DNA from: Adineta vaga
Lineage: Eukaryota > Animalia > Rotifera
Direction of reading: 5' to 3'
Length of the DNA stretch: 64,000 nt
Assembly (NCBI GenBank): GCA_021613535.1
Contig: CP075496.1
Span: 12,958,001-13,022,000 of the forward strand
The translations under genes were made by a program, and so were the position numbers. This document shows positions 55,602 through 64,000 of the stretch, in pieces. Below the pieces are notes generated by a model. It saw only the letters and a list, made by a program, of their open reading frames with translations, was not told where the DNA came from and did no database searches. The stretch's first letter is position 1; the number at the start of each line of letters is the position of its first letter.

Positions 55602-57770
55602 ATTTGTTGTGTATTGCTGACTATACTCTCGAAAATAACCCTTAACACAAGATGAGATGTCGAAGAAAAAGACGGCAAAGAAGAAGAAGAAGAAGAGAAA
55701 AGATTCGTAGAAAGTGTATTTGGCACCAACAAAAACAGAAGAGGGAGAAAGAAAGGAAGAAAAAGAAGACGATAGAAGTAGGTAATGGAAATGCGAAGAA
55801 AAAAAGTATGTTAGGCAACGATGCTTCCCAAATCATATAATATGCTATGGTAAACGAAGAAGAAACTATCGTAACAAGAAAATGTACAAACCCTTTCTTT
55901 GCTTACCCATTGAGAAATAACCTTTTAAGCATTGCCTTTATTGCTTTTGTTTCTCGACTTGTAGATGGGACAAAAAAACAACAGCATCGAATGTTAATGT
56001 CAGAGCGACTTACAGGATTTTATGGATAAATACACGACAAATATACATCTATCGATTAACGAAAGATTTGGTATTTTTTTCTATGGATGAAAGAAAAATA
56101 GTCTTATCGAAGGGAGAAATCTTCTATCATAATAATATCTTTATAAGTAGCTCTTTTTAGATAACCGCAGCGTGCTTTGAATATGTATATATATATATTC
56201 GTACCTTTATTCGATAAATCGTGATGATTATTTGTCTAAAAGAATGATAAAAAAAGAAAATATATTGACCAAAAATTCTTCTTGTTTACCCACTTGATGT
56301 TGTGCCAATAATTGACTTAATGCTTTCGATACATCAGTAAATATTTCATTTGCTTTTCGATTTGCATCAATTTTAACGAGTTTTCCTTGTTTATTATAAT
56401 AATCTAAAATTGGTGTTGTTTCTTCATGGAATGTATTTAAACGTTTGGTTATCGTTTCTCGATTATCATCAATTCGACCACTAGTTTCACCACGTTTGAC
56501 TAATCTTTCGATCATAACATCATCCGGAAGATCAAAATAAATAAACGTATCACATACACCAATATCCTTTTCAAATTGAATACCTATGAATAAATAAAAT
56601 ATCAAGATTGCTTTTTTTTGTTTGTTTTGAAAAAAGCATTAATCAAAAGATCGAAAAGTGAGCAATGAAGATCGAAGAAAAAGAATAGTGTTAAATGACT
56701 TACAAGAAATTCTTGAGTTACTGTAATAGAAAAGGAGTAGTTGAAGTTTATATGTGCACGAATGAATGAATGAATGAAGAGAAAAGAGAACGAAGATGAT
56801 TTAATGACATTATTTACCTTGATCAACTCGACGAGGAAATCCATCTATTAAGAATCCGGATGCTTGATCCGCTTTTTCATAAATTGCATCTTTAAGTAAA
56901 CCAAGAATATCTTCCTAAAATCAAATTAATCAATAATTTTCTTTCACAAGAATAGTTTTAATTGTATAATTACAGTAGAAATAAGTTTTCCTTGTGACAT
57001 AATTTCATTAAAATAACGACCTTTCTCTGATGTTGAATCTTTCACAGCTGCTCGAATTAAATCACCAGCTGATAAATGTGTAAACCCAAATTTCCCAATG
57101 ATTTGTTCACATTGTGTACCTTTTCCACTGCCTATATGAATGATTAAAAAATCAATTTCTATTTATCATACTTATTACCTGGTCCACCACCAACAAAAAT
57201 AATTGGTTTGCCTTTAAGTGAATGTTTATGTTGTAATTGTGATTGTGCTCTTTCTTGTTCATGTTTTCGTTGTTGTTCAGGCGTTGGCGATTGTGGTCGC
57301 TCTTCACTTTTTGGTTTTTCTTCTCGTTTACCAACAGGGATAGCATCGAGTTTGGGCAGTCGATTATGATCTGTTGGTAGATGAGAAGACAAAGATGTTT
57401 CGTTTGAATCTGTTGCGTTTTTGATACGTGTTAATGTATTGTTCATTCCACCTTTCCGTCCAATAAATTCATCCCATTTTAATTGTTGATTTCCGTCTTT
57501 ATACTACATAAAGATGAGGAAAAAAATTACTTTTATAAAGATAAAAAGAAGGAAACTTACTCGTTCTAACGAATTAATAATGAACTCAATATGATCATCT
57601 GGTTTATGAACCATCAAACCCGTAACTAGAGCCTAAAGCAATATTGATCCAATAGAACTTATTGATTGTTTTTGAAAAAACTAATTTACTTCAAATAATT
57701 GCGGTATTTTTCGTTTCGAAATATAATCTTTTGCTAATTCAGTATTCGTATTTCCATGTGTACGTGTCAT
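54605..57770 (-). CDS. AK5-like adenylate kinase: N-terminal D/D docking domain + two intact AK domains
   Basis: D/D: AKDYISKRKIPQLFE-ALVTGLMVHKPDDHIEF..KWDEFI. Both AK domains have GGPGSGKGTQC, IDG[F/Y]PR and RG[E/Q]TSGR.DDN. The phase-1 donor at 56289 is compatible with the acceptor near 55489. Confidence 0.85.
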
Positions 57771-58296
57771 TTGTGAAAGAACTTAGTTGACTTAACTAAC
57801 AAAATGAGAAGAAAAAAAAAGAGAGAGGAAGAGAAATCTAGAAATAAGACAACAATAAGCTCGAAACTGTGTTTCTTTTTGCACTGACTCAGATTTTCTT
57901 TTCTTCCATAAACAACGTAGTACGACGAATAAATGAACATTTCCCTCTTTGCTGTTCTCTGCACATTACTAATGTAAAGAGAACGGAAAATATATAAAAA
58001 AAAAGAAGGCTGACAGAAAAAAGAAAAATGCTTTTGATCACCAACATAACTCTTGCTTCATTGGTTGACTTATAGACATTTTTTTTTCACACACGCACAC
58101 AAAAAATAAATAAGAACATACTAGGGATGAGAGGGAAAAGCACAACAGAATGAAAGCAAGAGAGAAGGAAAGAAGTCTGACCCGCTATATTGCACATGAG
58201 ACATTACGAGAAGACTAGATGTAAATAAATCAAAAATAAAAGCGACAAACTAATGCTTTAAATATAAAATATAGATGATTGTAATTGCTTAATTTT

Positions 58297-60127
58297 TCAA
58301 ATACATTTGAGAATATCATTCTTGAGATCTTCATAGATTTCATCGACTTCAACTCGACCATCAACCTGTAAATAAATGAATATAGAATTTGTTTTTCTTA
58401 TAAAACATTGATTGAACTTACATAAATAGCTTTATTTTCTTCTTTGAATTTTTCTACGATTGCATTAAATTCTTCCGCATTGGTTTCTGGTTGTTGTTCG
58501 CCAATATAAATCAATGCAGAACAAGGACCAATCTTTTGTTAGTAAAAAAGATTTGAAAATTAGTTTTTACAACTAAAAAATTTAATTCAATTCGTTTTAC
58601 TTCAGTTTGAAATTTTCGAAGATCATTCGATGATGTTGGAAAACCATCAATAACATAGCCTGTGCATGTACTCATAGATTCAGTTATAGCTGTTTTTAAC
58701 TGATCAAAACGAAGAAATAATTTCTTAAAATCCATATAATGAATTGGTTTATAAGAAAAATCTTCAGCGATTCGTTCTGCTAATGCATAAATAAATGAAT
58801 TGCTAATTTCTTCTTCATTTTCATCTTCAATGTTTTCAAATTCCACATCTAATGATCGTCGTTGACCAATTTTTGGACGATTCAATTCTTTCACTGGTAA
58901 TTGATAATTGTCAATACAAAAGATAATCGGTAGATTAAAATTATTATTTGTCAATTGCGATACTTCAGATGGTTTTGTAGTAGATGTAGAAATATTCGTT
59001 ACATTTAAAGGAAAGATTTCATCTGCAGCACGAATGGCATCTTTAAGTATAAGATCAAAATCATTATTTGAATTAATCTAAAGAAATCTCATTATGATTA
59101 GTATAATTTATTGAATGAAATTACTTGAATTAGATTAAAATTTCGATTAGATGCATTTAATCGATCAGTTGATAGAACAATGGTTAGATCCATACGTCCG
59201 AGCTAGAGATAATTTCATATTTGAGTAAGAGACAAGATTACATCATATTTCTTCTTACTTTTTCTTGCCATTTTTTATAAAAATATCTTTCATTCACATG
59301 ACCAGCAATGATGAAACCTCGAGATTTAGGATAATATTGTTCAATGGCATTTTGAATACAACTATAACGATGTTCTTGTTTGTGAAGATCTAAATATAAT
59401 TAAATAAAGTGACTTTTTTTTCTTTTTTTGTTGGAAATATTTATTTTACCTAGACGATCATCGTAATCAATATTAGCAATATCTTCAATTGATAAGAAAG
59501 TCAATTGATTGTATCTTTCGATTAGTCGTGCACATAGTTTTGTTGCACTTGATGAGCCTAAACGAACAATAGTGAACGTTTACTTTCTCTCTTTGGATAA
59601 GAATATATTTACTGAGAAGAAACATGATAGGTAAAGTTTGCGATGGAGGTCGTTTGCTATTGTCAATTGGTGGTAATGTTGGTGCTTTCACAGCAGTTTT
59701 TCGATCTAATGATTGACTTGTTTTAGATGTTGAATTTGTTGGACGAACAGGTGGTAACATTTTTTGTCGACCTCGAAGAACAGACGGTCTCGATGGTAAG
59801 GCACCTTTGGTATTTGATAGAAATAAATCCGAACGAACACGATTTGGATTATTTTGCACCTAGAAAAAAACATAAATAAAGTTTTTCATTCGAGAAGAAA
59901 ACGAATGCAAATCTAACCTTATCTAAACATTCACGAATGAAAGCAATATGATCATCTGGTTTGTTAACCATAAGTGCAGTCATAATAGACTAGAATACAA
60001 AACAGAATTATAAAAGAAGAAAAAATGTCATTAATTCGTCTACTTCAAATAATTCATCGATTCCTTTTTTATTGATATAATTAACGGCACTTTGATTGTT
60101 ATGGATTGCATTCGATTTTGATGCCAT
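58297..60127 (-). CDS. AK5-like pseudoenzyme: D/D domain + two degenerate AK folds
   Basis: D/D: AVNYINKKGIDELFE-SIMTALMVNKPDDHIAF. P-loop position reads IMFLLSSSSATKLC; SRGFIIAGHVN and GYVIDGFPT replace GFLIDGYPR; no LID. Reading frame intact across the exons. Confidence 0.75.
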
Positions 60128-60269
60128 GATATTTCACTTAAACAAATAATTCTAATTAAAGGCTTTAATTTGTTTTTCTTAAATCTAAAAAAGAATGAAA
60201 TACAAAACACACGTCTATTATTTTCACGATGATTTTCATTTCATTTTCGTCAATTAGTTATCACACGTG

Positions 60270-60604
60270 TTAATTCTTTTTTCTATCATGCATTTCAATA
60301 AAAGTATCCCATCGAACTGGTAATTTCTGTTTTTTCATCTAAATAAAAATGAACAAATTACTTTTCTTTTTACGAATATTTCACAAAACAAACTTCAGTT
60401 AAACTTTCAATAATAAAATCTACATGATCATCTGGTTCATTATTCATTATACCAGCCATTAATGCCTACAAAATATCTTTGATTTTCTTCGTTCAATTTT
60501 TAAAATATTCTTACTTCGAATAGAGCTGGAATCTTTCGTTCTGAAATATACAATTTCTTTCGTTCACTAACAGGATCTTCACTTGCTTTCAATGATGATG
60601 TCAT
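60270..60604 (-). CDS. Stand-alone AK5-type D/D-domain microprotein, 76 aa, 3 exons
   Basis: MTSSLKASEDPVSERKKLYISERKIPALFE|ALMAGIMNNEPDDHVDFIIESLTE|MKKQKLPVRWDTFIEMHDRKKN*. Two phase-0 GT..AG introns at the same positions as in the two neighbouring genes. Confidence 0.8.
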
Positions 60605-60813
60605 CTGAAAAATAAGATTGAAAAGAAAAAGTTAATAAAGAAAGTCTTCATGTGATCACTATATCTCCTCAACGAATAAAACAACATTATCATTAAACTT
60701 TACAATTAACCTAAAAGTAAGGTATGCTTTTTTGTTTTTATATGGATATACAATCACTGGAAAGGAAGACATACATGAAGGATAATAATACGAAAAAAAA
60801 ATAATAAAGTTCG

Positions 60814-63800
60814 TTAAACACTGGTTGTTTCGTTTGGTTTTGTTAGAACAGATGCACCTTTGATCGGTGATGAGATCGCTGTTTGTTGAAGTTGAAGATT
60901 TTCCAAAAGAAAATTTCGTTTTTTATTTCCTCGTCGACTAGCATATTCATCACTGTTTACTGATGGAAAACTAGAATGAGTTTTCGGTGGTTCATATTGT
61001 GGTAAAAGACCACGAACGGTATATTTCCATTGATTATCTTTTGCCTAAAAAAAATCGAAATGAATAATATTGAATATAAATTTAACAGTTATGAAAAAAA
61101 AAGTCGATCCTCTTAACCTTTCATGTCATGAAACAACACACGATGCACCGATTCGCTAACGCAGTTCTGTTTTCTCGGCCGTGCATAGTCAGTATTTTGT
61201 TGAACATCTGGAGAAGAAATCTTGTTATATGATGAATCATTTGAGATTCTATCTTCAATGATACACGATATGAAACGTTTTCATGTAATAGAATATTATC
61301 GTAAAACTCAGATTTCCTCTGGAAAAAATTTATATTTTTTGATATAATGTATTTGTTTGCACTTAAAATTCTAACATATGTTCGCTTTTTTTTCAACGTT
61401 ATCTTATGCTTTTTATTCTTTTTGGTACATAGTGCAATTGAACTAAACATAAATGTTGATAATTAAATCAAATCAAATCTCTGATGAAAAACTATCATTA
61501 TTATTATTACTAATACCTATTTTTTTGCGTACTTCTCAGAATATAAATAAGATGCTTTAGCCGAAGGAGACATGTCTTATTTTAAAGCAGATTATTTTAA
61601 ATTTATCCTCTTTTGTATGAAATATATTCCTTAATAATATTTTAATAAATGATGTATATATTGTTTTACATCATCAGATCAACTTTCTCTCTTAGTTCAG
61701 TGAGAAACTATTCAACATACATCAATAATTAACATTCCATTGAATGTTCGTCCATAAACAGTTGGACAGAATGATAATTTGAATAATGTTCCATTCACAC
61801 TTGCTGGTAATAATTCACCATTTTCAGGTGTTATATCAAACGATCGATCACTATTCGATGTCAAATATGCTTTAAATGGCATTGGTAAACTAATTGAAAA
61901 ATCAAATAAGATAAATTTGAAAACAAACATTTAAAACATACTCTGTTGAACTATATAAACGAAAACCAATCGTTGAAGTTTTATTTAAACCAACAGCTTC
62001 TATTATTATTTCATCATCCGGTGGCGCATCAAGTGTCACAAAACGAATGGGATATTTTAATTGACCACCACTTCCAAGTGTTAAAACAAGTACACAATCC
62101 ATTCTTTAGAAGAAAAAAAGATCAACTTAATTATCGAAATCAAGAGAAAAAAAACCTCTCGTTATTTACGTTAATAATTTAGTTGGTGTATAAACAATGT
62201 TAAATCGAATGATATTTGTTTTATCATTATCATGTTTAAGAAGTTGAATACCAACTGAATTTTGAATGAATGTCTGATTAGCATTGTTCTCATTAACAAT
62301 CGCATAATCTTCGATAGATTTTGCATTTTTCTTCACTAAAAATCATCGAAAAGAAAACTTTCTCTTGTCCAAAAATCATATTCATTTGAATTATTTACTA
62401 TTATTTAAATATCGTTCATCAAAACGAAATAGATCTTGATTTAATTCAAATTCAATTTGTTCTTCAATACGTTCACCAGAAATACATTCAAGAATTTTCA
62501 ATTGATTATTATTCTCTCCTCGTTGAGATATCCAACTGAATGCAATACCTTGTAATGGATATGTCCATGAAAGTTCTGAAGCATCAGCACTTTAAATAAG
62601 AATGAAAAAAAACGTCCAAATTAGAAAGTTTTCTCAAGAAAATATGACATGAATTTTACTTGTCAGGTGACCATGTTTTGCCGGGTGATAATCGTCCAAT
62701 AATACGTAGTTGCGCTTCGTGTCGTGCTAAGATTTCTGGACAGAAAGCAATTGGAATTGCAAATCGTTCTCGTGGTCCCAATGTAATATTATCAAGTTTA
62801 TCAAGTACCACACGAAATGAATTACTTGTTCCTATAAGAATAATTTCATTCTAACGAATCAATCAACAAAGATTTTATCTCACCAGAGGAAAGTGATAAA
62901 TCACATCGAATTGTATGATTTGATGGATTTTGAAAACCAATATTCGTTGTTGCACTTACTCCAATTTCGGTTTTGATGATAATAGGTGCTTGAAGTTTTT
63001 GAGGTTTCGTACCTATACCTCGGACGTTATATGTCAATGTTCCAAGCTAAAATGATGACAGAATATTATTCTCAACGAAGAAATCCAAATGGATGAATCA
63101 GGAAGATTTTTAAATTAGCAAAGATAGATAATAAAGCAAGATGGAGCATGATGTTACTTTTTCAATACTCGAAAGAGATTTTTCAATGAATTGAATCTAA
63201 TGTATGTGGATTGAAAATGAATCGATTTTTCTTTTTCGTTTTTTTAACAAACCTTTTCGTTATTAAATGAAATTGTCGATTGATGTGGTTGTTGTTCAGT
63301 ACCACTACCAATTGAAGATGGATTAAAGATAATATTCACTTTTGTTTGACTTTTCCCTGGAATTGTTATTGTATCTTGATCTGTATTCATCGAAAAGTTA
63401 TTATTATTTGATGACATTGTTTGAAATATAATTTGTTCATCTAATGGATTTTCAAGTATTATTTCTTGGGTTGTATGACTTAAAATGAAACAAAAGCATT
63501 CAAACCAATGGAAAATGATCAATTTTTTTTTTAATAATTCTTACCCTCCAAGTGGTGCACTCATCGGTTGTAAATCAACTTTTCTTGGATTAGTACTTGT
63601 TAAACTCAATTCATACCAAAATTCACCAATTTCTTCATTGAAAAATACCAAACTAAACAACAGACATAGAGCTGGACTTTTTTTTTCAAAAGAAATACTA
63701 TTTCAAAAATGTTTTTTCTTTTTCATAGGCTATATAAATAAGAATAACTATCGTATCTAGTATGCTCGGTTAATCATTATCATGGATTGTCTTTCAAAGA

Positions 63801-64000
63801 GAAAAAAAATAAACTCATTCTACTGAAAAGAAATGTTCATTCCGCATATCTGAATGAGTAAAATCCATTAATAAATGGCGAATCTTTTCCAAGAATTTTC
63901 TATTCTTATAATGCTTACCCGCCATTCCATTGTCCAACAGTTTTAGGTTTATAAAATAGTTCATAACGAGCTTCACCATTTGCTTCAATTTCAATCGTTT
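60814..64000 (-). CDS. CFAP47: Cilia- and flagella-associated protein 47-like, 3' part (starts beyond the window)
   Basis: Repeated ASH/Ig-like exons; GELLPASVNGTLFKLSFCPTVYG, QWKYTVRGLLPQYEPP, C-terminal KRNFLLENLQLQQTAISSPIKGA. Confidence 0.85.

Noticed and set aside
55642-55840. Arg/Lys-rich protamine-like ORF and its Phe/Leu-rich antisense ORF
   Set aside because: Both arise from a GAA/AAG low-complexity tract upstream of the short AK first exon.

Overview
AT-rich, gene-dense eukaryotic (metazoan) DNA with many short (~50-60 nt) GT-AG introns. Together with intron-bearing genes of bacterial appearance, this is most consistent with a bdelloid rotifer genome (inference). The first ~16 kb is gene-poor: the 5' end of an amine GPCR, a tetraspanin-like gene, a MIT-only gene, a small membrane protein and an orphan GPCR. 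From 16 to 64 kb is a compact block: PSMD2, RPS8, SLC17A9-like, DPH5, glutaredoxin, a bacterial-type general stress protein, a neuropeptide precursor, CEP164, two dcd1-like Ntn hydrolases, WDR82, MTG1, SUZ12, a homeobox gene, SEC61A, kynureninase, a small secreted His-rich protein, DXO, NPRL3, an adenylate-kinase array and the 3' end of CFAP47. Highlights, mostly invisible in the ORF track and obtained by hand-splicing: (1) a 4-exon prepro-neuropeptide predicted to release three FVH-amide tripeptides plus AYLKGFVH-amide; (2) a three-gene array sharing an AK5-type docking (D/D) domain, made of a D/D-only microprotein, a D/D + two dead AK domains pseudoenzyme, and an active two-domain AK5 with an internal AK1-like start; (3) a secreted 101-aa His-rich protein resembling bacterial polymorphic-toxin tips; (4) an intronized bacterial-type stress gene; (5) operon-like same-strand gene pairs with unpaired splice acceptors; (6) a candidate structured ncRNA upstream of SEC61A. 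No database searches were run; family calls rest on motif recognition, and multi-exon genes are given as start-to-stop spans.
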